The notes under the pieces: generated by a model
Seen by the model: only the letters and a program-made list of their open reading frames with translations
What the model was told of the DNA's origin: nothing
Databases searched by the model: none
Assembly: GCA_947455285.1 (NCBI GenBank)
Contig: CANGOK010000001.1
Coordinates: 1 to 54,952 of the forward strand
DNA from: Beijerinckiaceae bacterium
Lineage (GTDB): Bacteria > Pseudomonadota > Alphaproteobacteria > Rhizobiales > Beijerinckiaceae
Length of the DNA stretch: 54,952 nucleotides
Direction of reading: 5' to 3'
Part shown: one piece after another, positions 45,491 to 54,952 of the stretch
Position numbering within the stretch: the stretch's first letter is position 1
Layout of the letters: each line of letters begins with the position of its first letter
Position numbers and translations under genes: made by a program

Positions 45491-47908
45491 ATGGTCGCTA
45501 TTTCATCGGTCACCAACTCGTCGACGACGACCATCAGCCCGTCGCCCACGACCACCTCGACCGCGAGCACGGCCAAGCCGGCAGCAGCCAGCGTTTCGGT
45601 CTCCATTTCCGCAGCGGGGCAATCAATCTCCGCGATCGCCTCCATGAACACCGCCGTCCTGGCGTCTCTGTCTCCTTCCAGGATTGCAGCTCTCACCACC
45701 ACTCAGATCGCCGCCCTATCGGTCAAACAAATGCCGGCGCTTACGACCGATCAGATCGGCGCCATGTCGACAGCGCAGATCAACGCGTTGAGCTCCAAGC
45801 AACTCGCAGCTCTGACAGCCTCACAAGTCGCAACCCTCGACGCCGATCAAGCGGCCGCGATAGCTCCCACCGCGATCGCCGGGCTCACGACGGCTGACGT
45901 CTCGGCCCTGCAGCTTGATAGTTTTAGCGCACTGACCACGGATCAACTCGCCAATCTGACCTCGAAGCAAGTGGCGGCCCTTGGCGCCGCCCAGATTCAA
46001 TCCTTCGACACCGATAAACTTCAGGCTATTTCAACGACGGCGATACACGGGTTCACCGCCAATCAAATTGCGGCTCTGACCCCCGACGAAATAGCCGCCC
46101 TGACGACCCAGCAGGCCGCAGCGCTGACGACGCGGCAATTATCTGCGTTGAACCTGGAGCAGATCGAGGCCTTGACGACGGCCCAGATCAATGTGTTGAG
46201 CGACAAGCAAATTGGCTCGCTGACGACAGCCCAGATCGCCGATCTCACAGACACCCAATTGTCCGCAATCGCCACCTCTTCGATGAAGGGGCTGACCACA
46301 GCAGACATCGCCGCGATCAGCTCCGATAATTTCGACGGTTTTTCCTCGCAGCAAATCGCGGGTTTGACAGCCAAACAATTAGCCGCCCTTACGTCCGACG
46401 AAATCATTGGCCTAGAGCAGGCGCAGATTCAGGCGATTTCAACCTCAGCGCTGGCTGGCCTGACAACTTCGCAGCTTTCGCATCTGACGGTTGATGAGCT
46501 CTCCGAGCTTTCATCTGGGCAAATCCAGGCTTTCAAAGCGCAGCAACTGGCGTCGCTCAATACCGATCAGATCTCCGCTTTGACCTCAGGCCAGATCAAT
46601 GCTCTGACAGATAAGCAGATAGGCGCTCTCACGACTTCGCAAATTGCGGCTCTTTCAGACGAACAGACGGCGGCGATCGCGGCCGCTTCCATAAAGGGCC
46701 TGACGACAGCAGACATTGCAGCTTTCAATCCTGACAGCTTCGCTGCCTTCACTACGGACCAAATCGCAAGCCTCACCGGCAAACAGCTTGGTGGTCTGAC
46801 CTCCGATGAAATCGCCAATTTGAGCAGCAACCAGATTTCGGCGCTGACGACGACCGCCCTGGCTGGGATGAACGCCAGCAAACTCGCGCTTTTCTCCGCA
46901 GACGAAATCGCTGATTTCTCGACGGCGCAGATAAAAGCGCTGAACGCGCCGCAATTGAGCGCGCTCACGACCGAACAGGTCGCCGCTTTGACCACGGGCC
47001 AGGTCAACGCCCTTTCCGACAAACAGATTGGGGCCCTGACCACCGCCCAATTCTCCGTTCTGTCAGATGAACAGACCTCCGCAATTGCGGCTTCATCCAT
47101 CAAGGGCATGACGACGGCCGACATTGCGGCGCTCGATCCCAACAGTTTCGCAGCCTTCACAACGGATCAGATCGCAGGCCTGACGGGCAAGCAGCTCGCA
47201 GCGCTGACCTCAGACGAAATCACCAGCTTGAACACTAGCCAAATTCAGGCGCTCGCGAGTTCGGCCCTGACTGGCCTGACACCCGATAAACTGAGGCTCT
47301 TCACTGACGAAGAGATCGCGGCGATCACGCCGGCTCAAATCAAGGCCCTTACCAGCGCGCAATTGAGCGGCTTGCAGCTTGAGCAAATCGACGCCTTGAC
47401 CACAGCGCAGATCCAAGCTCTGACCGACAAACAGATCGGCGCCCTGCAAACCGCCCAGATCGCGCGTCTGACCGGCGAACAAGCGTCCTCCATCGACCCG
47501 GCGTCGATCAGAGGCCTGTCCGCCCTCGGCATGGCGGCTTTCGACCCCGAAAGCTTCGCCAGTTTCACCACCCAACAGATCGCAGCGCTGGCGCCCAAGC
47601 ACCTCAGAGCCCTGACGCCGGGCGAAGTCGCCCAACTTTCACCGGCGCAGGTCCAGTCCATCAGCGCCACAAGCATCGGCGCTTTGAACAATGCGCAGAT
47701 CGCAGCGCTCGAGCCTGATACGGTCGCATCGCTAACCACGGACCAGATCACCCACCTGACAGGCGACCAAATCACTTTCTTGACGACGGACCAATTGGCC
47801 TCGCTCACCACCACACAGGTCAGCTCCTTCACCGCCAGGCAGATCGGCAGATTGTCGGCGGCGCAGATGGATGCTCTCACGGACGAACAATTGCAGGCGA
47901 TCTCCTGA
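45491..47908 (+). CDS. 805-aa octapeptide (LTxxQIAA) repeat protein with an S/T-rich N-terminus
   Basis: Continuous 8-aa periodicity from about residue 50 to the C-terminus. It has no Cys, Trp or Tyr and no Sec signal. RBS AGGA lies upstream. Confidence 0.85.
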   Translation: MVAISSVTNSSTTTISPSPTTTSTASTAKPAAASVSVSISAAGQSISAIASMNTAVLASLSPSRIAALTTTQIAALSVKQMPALTTDQIGAMSTAQINALSSKQLAALTASQVATLDADQAAAIAPTAIAGLTTADVSALQLDSFSALTTDQLANLTSKQVAALGAAQIQSFDTDKLQAISTTAIHGFTANQIAALTPDEIAALTTQQAAALTTRQLSALNLEQIEALTTAQINVLSDKQIGSLTTAQIADLTDTQLSAIATSSMKGLTTADIAAISSDNFDGFSSQQIAGLTAKQLAALTSDEIIGLEQAQIQAISTSALAGLTTSQLSHLTVDELSELSSGQIQAFKAQQLASLNTDQISALTSGQINALTDKQIGALTTSQIAALSDEQTAAIAAASIKGLTTADIAAFNPDSFAAFTTDQIASLTGKQLGGLTSDEIANLSSNQISALTTTALAGMNASKLALFSADEIADFSTAQIKALNAPQLSALTTEQVAALTTGQVNALSDKQIGALTTAQFSVLSDEQTSAIAASSIKGMTTADIAALDPNSFAAFTTDQIAGLTGKQLAALTSDEITSLNTSQIQALASSALTGLTPDKLRLFTDEEIAAITPAQIKALTSAQLSGLQLEQIDALTTAQIQALTDKQIGALQTAQIARLTGEQASSIDPASIRGLSALGMAAFDPESFASFTTQQIAALAPKHLRALTPGEVAQLSPAQVQSISATSIGALNNAQIAALEPDTVASLTTDQITHLTGDQITFLTTDQLASLTTTQVSSFTARQIGRLSAAQMDALTDEQLQAIS
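45640..47900 (+). repeat. Coding tandem repeat: 24-nt units nested in a 408-nt super-repeat
   Basis: The (D/S/A)(K/R)Q(I/L) landmark begins at 45794, 46202, 46610, 47018, 47426 and 47834, exactly 408 nt apart. Confidence 0.85.
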
Positions 47909-47992
47909 CCTTTGACTCTTCAACGTCACCAACGCGCATTGTTCATCCCGCCCCAAATATGATTAAATGATCGGGTTCGGGGGAGAGCAGCG

Positions 47993-48682
47993 GTGGATGA
48001 CGCGGGCGCATGGCGATTGATCGTATCGGCTGATCCAGCGCTCTACGCCATCGTCTATCTATCCCTCAAAATCAGCCTAAGCGCTGTTTTGGCCGCAGGA
48101 CTGATTGGTTTTCCCCTCGGCGCCCTGCTCGCCTTTTCGTCCTTTCCAGGGCGTGGCGCCGTGATTGTGCTGACCAATGCGCTGATGGGCCTGCCTCCCG
48201 TTGTCGTCGGCCTTTGCGTTTTCCTCGCCTTGTCCCGCAGCGGGCCGCTTGGATCACTTGGCTTGCTGTTCACGCCGACCGCCATGATCATCGCGCAGAC
48301 AATCCTCATCATGCCGATCATCATCGCCCTGACCCGGCAGACCATTGAAGACCTCTGGGGCGAATATCGCAATGAACTTCTCGCCATGGGCCTATCGCCC
48401 CTGGGGCGCCTGATCGCCTTGCTTTATGACGCTCGCATAAGCCTGTTGACGACGCTTCTTGCCGGCTTTGGGCGAGCAGCAGCAGAAGTTGGCGCAGTGA
48501 TGATCGTTGGCGGGAACATCGAGGGATTCACCCGCACGATGACAACCGCCATCGCGCTTGAGACCTCCAAGGGAGACCTTCCGCTCGCCATGGGCCTTGG
48601 CCTGATTTTGATCGCAATCGTCATCGCCATCAACGCAAGCACTTGGCTTCTGGGCGCCTTCGCAAGAAACCGGATGGGATGA
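47993..48682 (+). CDS. tupB: Tungstate ABC transporter permease
   Basis: NALMGLPPVVVGL, SRSGPLG and GFGRA.AEVGAVMIVGGNI.GFTR.MTT.I.LET motifs. Confidence 0.9.
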   Translation: MDDAGAWRLIVSADPALYAIVYLSLKISLSAVLAAGLIGFPLGALLAFSSFPGRGAVIVLTNALMGLPPVVVGLCVFLALSRSGPLGSLGLLFTPTAMIIAQTILIMPIIIALTRQTIEDLWGEYRNELLAMGLSPLGRLIALLYDARISLLTTLLAGFGRAAAEVGAVMIVGGNIEGFTRTMTTAIALETSKGDLPLAMGLGLILIAIVIAINASTWLLGAFARNRMG

Positions 48683-48683
48683 T

Positions 48684-49409
48684 ATGGCCGCCATCACCAA
48701 TCTTCCCCTCTTGTTGCGAAACGTCACTTATCGCACCGGCGGGCAGACGCTGCTCGACGACATTTCCGCGACGATCTCCAATGGCGCCCCAACGGCCATT
48801 TTAGGTCCCAACGGCGCCGGCAAAAGCACCCTGTTGCATCTTGCGATGGGATTGATGGCGCCCACGGGCGGCTGGCTTTCCTGGGGCGGGCGGACCGAAA
48901 CATCGCCCATACGCCGCGCGATTGTGTTCCAAAAGCCGGTGATGCTGCGGCGGACAGTGCGCGGAAACGTCACCTTCGCTCTGTCGCAGGCAGGCGTTCC
49001 GTCGAAAGAACTCGAGAACCGCCTCCAGTCGCTATTGCAACGCGTCGATCTCGTCGCTCTGGCGGACCGGCCTGCCCGGCGCCTGTCAGGCGGCGAGCAA
49101 AAGCGCGTGGCGCTGGCGCGCGCTCTAGCCCGAGAGCCTGACCTTCTCCTTCTGGATGAGCCGACAGCCGATCTTGACCCAGCCGCGACGCGCGCTGTCG
49201 AGCAGATCATTGCGGGGGCCGCCGCCAGCGGAACGAAGATCCTGATGGTGTCCCATGACGCCGCACAGGTGCGACGCCTCGCGGGCGACATTCTCTTTCT
49301 CGTGAAAGGGCGCTTGCGCGAAAGCGCGCCAACGACCAAATTCTTCAGCGAAACCGCAACGCCGCTGGCGCAAAGCTTCCTGCGCGGCGATCTTCTGACA
49401 GAGGCGTAA
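48684..49409 (+). CDS. tupC: Tungstate ABC transporter ATP-binding protein
   Basis: GPNGAGKST, FQKPVML.R, LSGGEQ and LDEPTA motifs, located between tupB and tupA. Confidence 0.88.
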   Translation: MAAITNLPLLLRNVTYRTGGQTLLDDISATISNGAPTAILGPNGAGKSTLLHLAMGLMAPTGGWLSWGGRTETSPIRRAIVFQKPVMLRRTVRGNVTFALSQAGVPSKELENRLQSLLQRVDLVALADRPARRLSGGEQKRVALARALAREPDLLLLDEPTADLDPAATRAVEQIIAGAAASGTKILMVSHDAAQVRRLAGDILFLVKGRLRESAPTTKFFSETATPLAQSFLRGDLLTEA

Positions 49410-49411
49410 AC

Positions 49412-50221
49412 GTGAAACTTTTCCCGGCCCTCGCGATCATCGCAATGACGCTCACCAGCGCCGCAGCGCAAGAAAAGTCCATCACCGTCGCCTCCACCAC
49501 ATCCACCCAAGATTCCGGGCTCTTTTCCTATCTTTTGCCCATCTTCAAAGCCAAGATGGGCATTGACGTGAAAGTGATCGCGCAGGGCACGGGTCAGGCG
49601 CTGGACACCGGCCGGCGCGGTGATGCGGATGTACTTTTTGTCCACGCGAAGCCGCAGGAGGAGGAATTCGTCGCCCAAGGCTTCGGCGTCGCACGCTTCG
49701 ACGTGATGTATAACGACTTCGTCCTCATCGGGCCCGCAAGCGACCCTGCGGGCGTCATGGGCTCGAAGGACATTTCTGGTGCGCTCGTGAAGATACAGTC
49801 GCAAGGCGCGCCTTTTGTGTCTCGCGGCGACAAGTCCGGCACGCACATGGCGGAGCTGGCGCTTTGGAAGGAAACGGGCATCGATCTCGGTGCAATGCGC
49901 GGCTCATGGTATCGCGAGATCGGGCAAGGCATGGGAGCGGCGCTCAATACCGCCAAGGCCATGCAAGCCTATGTTCTTGCTGATCGAGGGACATGGATCT
50001 CCTTCAAGAACCGAGACGGCCTGACCATCGCCGTGGAAGGAGACCAGCGGCTCTTCAATCAATATGGAATCATTCTGGCGAACCCTGCGAAATTCTCATG
50101 GGTGAAGAAGGAGGCGGGGCAGGCCTTCATCGATTATGTTCTGTCGCAGGAAGGCCAGAGAACCATCGCTGATTATAAGATGGAAGGTCAGCAGCTGTTT
50201 TTCCCCAATGCGAAACACTAG
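49412..50221 (+). CDS. tupA: Tungstate ABC substrate-binding protein
   Basis: ASTTSTQDSGL (TTS motif), GTGQAL, MYNDF and FVSRGDKSGTH motifs. Confidence 0.92.
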   Translation: MKLFPALAIIAMTLTSAAAQEKSITVASTTSTQDSGLFSYLLPIFKAKMGIDVKVIAQGTGQALDTGRRGDADVLFVHAKPQEEEFVAQGFGVARFDVMYNDFVLIGPASDPAGVMGSKDISGALVKIQSQGAPFVSRGDKSGTHMAELALWKETGIDLGAMRGSWYREIGQGMGAALNTAKAMQAYVLADRGTWISFKNRDGLTIAVEGDQRLFNQYGIILANPAKFSWVKKEAGQAFIDYVLSQEGQRTIADYKMEGQQLFFPNAKH

Positions 50222-51344
50222 AAACACGCTGCAACAACTAGGGGTTCTGACGTCGCTCGAAGCGGCGCGCGCCCTGCTGCTCGATTTGTCTCACCCTGTC
50301 GCTCCCCTGCTACAGCCAATCGATAAGGCGCAGGGCTGCATTTGCGCCGCCCCCCTGATCGCGACGCTTCATCCCCAACAAGCCTTCGCCTTGCGTGACG
50401 GCTGGGCGATGAAGGCGGACGAGACCATCGGCGCCTCAAGCTATGCGCCTGTCATGCCACTCACCGCGCCCATCGCTGTTGAAACTGGCGATGGGCTGGG
50501 GCCTGATCGCGACTGTATCGTCGATCAATATGGCGTGGATTTCAGCGGACCCATCATTCAGGTCATGGCCGAATCCGCCCCCGGCGCGAACGTCCGACGC
50601 CCAGGCGAGGACGCTCGCGCCGGACAGGTCTTGCTGGCGCAAGGCCATCGTCTTCGCGCGACGGATATTGCCTGCGCGGCGCAGTTGGGACTGACACATA
50701 TTGCGGTGCGACAGCCGCGTGTCGTCATTATTGACATACCGGCGCGCGATGGCGCCACGACGACCCTTCAATTCCTTTTGCGCAGCCTGACCGACGCAGG
50801 CGCCTGCGTCACCAGCGAACGGGCCGCCGATCGGTCCGCACAAGCCATAGCAGCGGCTTTGGAAGCAGCTTCCGCCGATCTTGTTCTTTTGCTTGGCGGC
50901 ACAGGCTCAGGCGCCAACGATCATGCGATTCAGGCCCTGCGTCTATGCGGCGAAGTTCATGTGCACGGGATCGCTCTCGAGCCAGGGCGCACCGCAGCCA
51001 TAGCGACCGTGGCCAAGACGCCCGTGATCGCCCTCCCCGCTCTTTTCGAACAAGCATTCGGCGTTTGGCTTGGCCTTGTCGAACCTGCGCTTGATCGTCT
51101 GACGCTGCGCCACCCGCGGGAGCCTCACCGACGTGTGCTGACGCAGAAAATCTCATCGAGAGTCGGCCTTGCAGAGGTCGCATTGCTCCGTCGTGACAAT
51201 GGCGCCTTTACGCCGGTCGCCGTCAGCGAATTGCCTCTACAATGTCTTTGTGCGGCGACCCATGCCATGATCATCCCTGCGAGTGGAGAAGGGCATGGGG
51301 CCGGCGAACAGATCGCGGCCTTTGCGCTTGCTGGCGCGGAGTGA
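50208..51344 (+). CDS. Divergent MoeA-family molybdopterin-binding protein
   Basis: ALRDGWA, NVR..GED and HGIALEPG motifs. It lacks the canonical TGDEL and LPG(N/F)P motifs. Confidence 0.75.
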   Translation: MRNTRNTLQQLGVLTSLEAARALLLDLSHPVAPLLQPIDKAQGCICAAPLIATLHPQQAFALRDGWAMKADETIGASSYAPVMPLTAPIAVETGDGLGPDRDCIVDQYGVDFSGPIIQVMAESAPGANVRRPGEDARAGQVLLAQGHRLRATDIACAAQLGLTHIAVRQPRVVIIDIPARDGATTTLQFLLRSLTDAGACVTSERAADRSAQAIAAALEAASADLVLLLGGTGSGANDHAIQALRLCGEVHVHGIALEPGRTAAIATVAKTPVIALPALFEQAFGVWLGLVEPALDRLTLRHPREPHRRVLTQKISSRVGLAEVALLRRDNGAFTPVAVSELPLQCLCAATHAMIIPASGEGHGAGEQIAAFALAGAE

Positions 51345-51349
51345 GGGGC

Positions 51350-53269
51350 ATGAGCCAGGCGCAAGAGCAATTTCTGTCGATCCTCTCTCGCGATGAGGCG
51401 ATGGCGCGATTTGATGCGGCTTTATTTCCTCGCCAGCTGCGCCATGAAACACTCAAACTGCACGAAACGCTTGGCCGCGCCGTGGCGCATGACATTGTGG
51501 CGCCAATCGATGTGCCGCCATTTGACAGAGCGAATGTGGATGGTTTTTGCCTTCGCGCAGCCGATGCGACGAGCGCCAGCGAGGTTACGCCGGTTCGCCT
51601 CAGGCTCACCGGCGAAATCATCTCTTGCGGCGTAGAACCGAAACTGCGCGTCACCCAAGGCGCGGCGACCAGCATCGCAACCGGCGGTCCACTGCCGCGC
51701 GGCGCCGACGCAGTCGTCATGATCGAACAAACCCAGCCAGTCGGCGATGAGGCCATTGAGCTGCGGCGTCCGGCGACGCCGGGACAGTTCATTTCTTACG
51801 CGGGTTCCGACATGGCGCGCGGCGAAACGCTGGTGCGCGCAGGAACGCTGATCAGCGCTCGCGAAATCGGGATGCTCGCCGCCTGCGGCATTGCCGCGCT
51901 CGACGTGATCGCACCGCCCCGTGTGGCGATCCTGTCGACAGGCGACGAACTCGTACAGCCCGGAGCAGCGCTTGGCCCAGCGCAAATCTATGACACCAAT
52001 GGGCCGATGATCGCGGCGGCCGTTGCGGAAAACGGCGGCGTCCCGTCCTTTCTCGGCGCCATTCCCGATGAAGAAACGGCCCTCGAAGCCGCCATGAGCA
52101 AGGCTCTTGATGGCGCCGACATGTTGCTCTTGTCCGGCGGCACCTCCAAGGGCGCAGGCGATGTGACCTATCGCATCATCGCGCGTCTTGGCGCACCCGG
52201 CGTCATCGCCCATGGCGTCGCCCTCAAGCCCGGAAAGCCGCTCTGCCTAGCGGTTTGCAATGGCAAGCCAGTCGTCATCCTGCCGGGCTTCCCCACATCC
52301 GCGATGTTCACCTTTCACGACATGATCGCGCCCGTTCTGCGCCGCATGGCGGGGCTGCCAGCGCGCGCTGAATCCAGAATCGAGGCGCGCCTGCCAGTGC
52401 AAGTTTCGTCAGAACTTGGCCGCACCGAATTCGTCATGGCCGCCCTTGTCGATGGCCCCGATGGATTGCTCGCCTACCCCACAGGCAAGGGCTCCGGCGC
52501 TGTCACGTCATTCTCGCAAGCGGACGGCTTCTTCAAGATCGATGCGCTCGCGGATCACGCGCCAGCTGGCGGTCAGTTTGAGGTCAAGCTGTTCAGCCCC
52601 AACCTGCGCTTGCCGGACCTGACGATCATCGGCAGCCATTGTACGGGGCTCGATCTCGTCACGGGGCCGCTGATGGCGAGCGGGCGACAGGTGCGTGTCA
52701 TCGCTGTCGGCAGCCTTGGGGGCCTTGCTGCGGCGAAGCGCGGCGAATGTGACCTCGCGCCGATCCATCTCTTCGACGACAAGAGCGAGAGTTACAATCA
52801 ACCCTTCCTGAGCGAGGGTTTGGAACTCATTCCCGGCTGGAGACGCATGCAGGGGATCGTTTATCGGCGCGACGACGCCCGATTCACAGGGCTTGACGCT
52901 CCCGCCGCCGTCGCAATGGCCCTGCGCGATGAAACTTGCCTGATGGTCAACCGCAATCAAGGCGCAGGCACGCGCATCCTGCTTGATCGGCTTTTGAATG
53001 GGGCCCGGCCAGACGGCTACTGGAACCAGCCGAAGTCCCACAACGCCGTCGCCGCCGCCGTCGCGCAGGGCCGCGCCGATTGGGGCATGACCATCGAACC
53101 CGTCGCGAAAGCCTATGGTCTCGGCTTCCTGCCTTTCGCCGAAGAACATTACGATCTGGCGCTCGTGACTTCACGCAAGGATAAGCCCGCGGTCCGCGCT
53201 TTCCTCGAACTGTTGCGAAGCGACGCCATAAAAATCGCCCTCAACGAGGCTGGCTTCCGCCCCGCTTAA
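51350..53269 (+). CDS. moeA: MoeA fused to a C-terminal PBP (LysR-substrate-like) domain
   Basis: [35 protein letters not shown] and KPGKP...LPGFP, then GSHC, GSLGGL, NRN.GAGTR and H..VA motifs. Confidence 0.92.
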   Translation: MSQAQEQFLSILSRDEAMARFDAALFPRQLRHETLKLHETLGRAVAHDIVAPIDVPPFDRANVDGFCLRAADATSASEVTPVRLRLTGEIISCGVEPKLRVTQGAATSIATGGPLPRGADAVVMIEQTQPVGDEAIELRRPATPGQFISYAGSDMARGETLVRAGTLISAREIGMLAACGIAALDVIAPPRVAILSTGDELVQPGAALGPAQIYDTNGPMIAAAVAENGGVPSFLGAIPDEETALEAAMSKALDGADMLLLSGGTSKGAGDVTYRIIARLGAPGVIAHGVALKPGKPLCLAVCNGKPVVILPGFPTSAMFTFHDMIAPVLRRMAGLPARAESRIEARLPVQVSSELGRTEFVMAALVDGPDGLLAYPTGKGSGAVTSFSQADGFFKIDALADHAPAGGQFEVKLFSPNLRLPDLTIIGSHCTGLDLVTGPLMASGRQVRVIAVGSLGGLAAAKRGECDLAPIHLFDDKSESYNQPFLSEGLELIPGWRRMQGIVYRRDDARFTGLDAPAAVAMALRDETCLMVNRNQGAGTRILLDRLLNGARPDGYWNQPKSHNAVAAAVAQGRADWGMTIEPVAKAYGLGFLPFAEEHYDLALVTSRKDKPAVRAFLELLRSDAIKIALNEAGFRPA

Positions 53270-53889
53270 AGCGCAAGCGCCGCGAGGGCCTGCGCCTGCG
53301 ACAGATCGTCTGGCGTATTCGCGTTGAAGAAAGGATCGACCGGCGAGGCGTCCCACTGCGTGGTCGCGAGCCTGTATCGTGCAGTCCAGCGCCCGACCTT
53401 GCGGCAGTCCTCGACAGTAAGCGCATGGCGCAATTCATCACGCAGCGAGACTTTCCAAAGCCCGATAACGGGATGGCTCTGCCCATCGCTCGCCGCAACC
53501 GCCAGATCAGCCCCGGCGTCGATGCGGTCCGCCTGCAGGCGCGCCACAAGATCGCGCGGCAGAAATGGGCAATCAGCCGCCACGCTCGCCACCCAATCAA
53601 CGCCGGGATGATGAGCGGCCGTCCAATCAAGCGCCGCCAGGACGCCGGCGAGCGGTCCAGCGAAATCCGGCACGTCATCCGCAATGACCGGCAACCCATA
53701 GGCTGCGAAGCGCGCGGGATCGCCGTTGGCGTTGAGGATCAGGGCCTCGCATTGCGGCTTGAATCGTTCAACAACGTGATCGAGGATGGGCCGCCCTGCG
53801 ATCAAGCGCATGGTCTTGTCGCCGCCGCCCATACGCCGCGCCAGTCCGCCCGCAAGAATGACCCCGAGCGTGGCGATGGGCTCAGTCAT
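53266..53889 (-). CDS. mobA: Molybdenum cofactor guanylyltransferase
   Basis: [27 protein letters not shown] and FFNANTP motifs. Confidence 0.95.
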   Translation of the reverse strand: MTEPIATLGVILAGGLARRMGGGDKTMRLIAGRPILDHVVERFKPQCEALILNANGDPARFAAYGLPVIADDVPDFAGPLAGVLAALDWTAAHHPGVDWVASVAADCPFLPRDLVARLQADRIDAGADLAVAASDGQSHPVIGLWKVSLRDELRHALTVEDCRKVGRWTARYRLATTQWDASPVDPFFNANTPDDLSQAQALAALAL

Positions 53890-54952
53890 CCTGCCCCGCC
53901 GCGTCGCGCATCTTCAGATAATCTTCGGTCGTCATGATCGGCGGGCGTTGCGGCGCGCCATAGGGATCGAAGCCTTCATTCATCACCGCTTCGACCCGGC
54001 ACTTTTCGCACATGCGCACCACGTCGAGCCGGCGCGCATGTTCGCCGCTAAACATCCAGTGTTTGCCAGCAAGCTTGCCCGTAATCTTGTCGATCATACT
54101 CTTCGTTGCGAATGGCGTGCCGCAGCCGATGCAGCAGAACGGCTCCTCCTCCTTCACGATGCGCGCAGGCTCACGCCATGCGGTGAAGTCGATCTGCGGC
54201 TTCAGCTTGATGACTTTTTCCGGGCAGGTCGCCGCACATAGTCCGCATTGCACGCAGGCGCTTTCGATGAAGCGAAGCATGGGACGTTCAGGATGATCGC
54301 TAAGCGCGCCCGTGGGACAGGCGGTGACGCAGGAATGGCAGAGCGTGCAGCCTTCGGCGTTCACATCTAGGCCGCCGAAAGGCGCGCCCTGCTCAAGGTC
54401 GATCACATCGACCGGGTCTGGCGCCGCAACGTGCAATTCGCGCATCACGGTCTCGAGAACCGGGCGCTTTGTCCCCCGCGGCTCAAACTGCGCGGGCCGT
54501 GGAGAAGCGACGCCGAGGGCCATCGAGTTCAGTTGTGCGAGCAGTTGATCAGGATCATCAGTCTCGATGATCCGCAGCGCCCCCTCACCATAGCCGAGAC
54601 CGCCGATGATCGTAGCGCTCATTTCGACGGTGCGGCGAAGCCCCGTGACATCATGCTTCGGCTTCGCACGCGTCAGCAAGGCGAACCCTGAAGCGCCAAA
54701 GGCGAAGGCGCCGGCCAGAATTTCCGGCGAGACCTGCGTCACCTCATTGAGCCGCAGCGGCAGCACATGGGCTGGCAGGCCATCGCCAAACCGCGCGAGT
54801 GCTTCAATCAAGGCGGCGCCATGGTCGCCATCGTGCAGGAGAACGACAGGCGTCTGTCCGCCAGCCGCGCGATAGGTCGTAAGTAGAGCGCGCAACCTGC
54901 GCAGAACAGCGTCCGCTGGCGGCAGCGCATAGGAGGCCGCGCCCGTCGGGCA
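53882..54952 (-). CDS. 4Fe-4S polyferredoxin-like protein (type usually found near formate dehydrogenase genes), 5'-truncated by the window edge
   Basis: [24 protein letters not shown], CxxC.PF and CEKC motifs. The frame is open to the window end, where it reads CPTGAA. Confidence 0.85.
   Translation of the reverse strand, partial: CPTGAASYALPPADAVLRRLRALLTTYRAAGGQTPVVLLHDGDHGAALIEALARFGDGLPAHVLPLRLNEVTQVSPEILAGAFAFGASGFALLTRAKPKHDVTGLRRTVEMSATIIGGLGYGEGALRIIETDDPDQLLAQLNSMALGVASPRPAQFEPRGTKRPVLETVMRELHVAAPDPVDVIDLEQGAPFGGLDVNAEGCTLCHSCVTACPTGALSDHPERPMLRFIESACVQCGLCAATCPEKVIKLKPQIDFTAWREPARIVKEEEPFCCIGCGTPFATKSMIDKITGKLAGKHWMFSGEHARRLDVVRMCEKCRVEAVMNEGFDPYGAPQRPPIMTTEDYLKMRDAAGQDD

Noticed and set aside
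45640-47900. CRISPR array or ice-nucleation protein
   Set aside because: The repeats are degenerate at the DNA level with no spacers. The octapeptide is LTxxQIAA-type, not the AGYGSTxT of InaZ.
45491-47908. Repeat protein as substrate of the CypH/CypL-like pair
   Set aside because: It is S/T/A-rich, but lies 20 kb away with no evidence of linkage.

Overview
GC-rich alphaproteobacterial DNA (gene content looks like Hyphomicrobiales) made almost entirely of catabolic and transport modules. I found no RNA genes, CRISPR array or transcription-factor gene. (1) 1-16 kb is a nitrogen-scavenging cluster with sigma54 (GG-N10-GC) and NtrC-like sites. It holds two 2OG-Fe(II) oxygenases, cyanase, 8-oxoguanine-deaminase-like and cytosine-deaminase-like enzymes, a BMP-type ABC importer, biuH, trtA and atzG/E/H/F, but no atzD. 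(2) A decayed IS end lies at about 16.2-16.4 kb. (3) 16.5-23.7 kb is a divergent periplasmic redox module: a PAL-like NHL propeller, a Tat molybdoenzyme with its 2Fe-2S subunit, a Tat alpha-hydroxy-acid oxidase with an inserted CxxCH, and a cytochrome c/Vgb-propeller fusion. (4) 24.4-26.1 kb is a gene pair resembling the linaridin maturases CypL and CypH, next to a DCC1-like thiol oxidoreductase. (5) 26-44 kb holds a nitroreductase, an Fe3+/PgtC-like ABC system, TTT receptors, a dienelactone hydrolase, an operon running from a Tat flavoprotein through cytochrome c, tctCBA and prpD-like to an SDR, and an MFS transporter. (6) A sigma54-preceded outer membrane protein and an 805-aa octapeptide-repeat protein with an exact 408-nt super-period follow. 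(7) The window ends with tupBCA, two moeA-family genes, mobA and a partial polyferredoxin. All calls come from motif recognition by eye, and no database searches were run.
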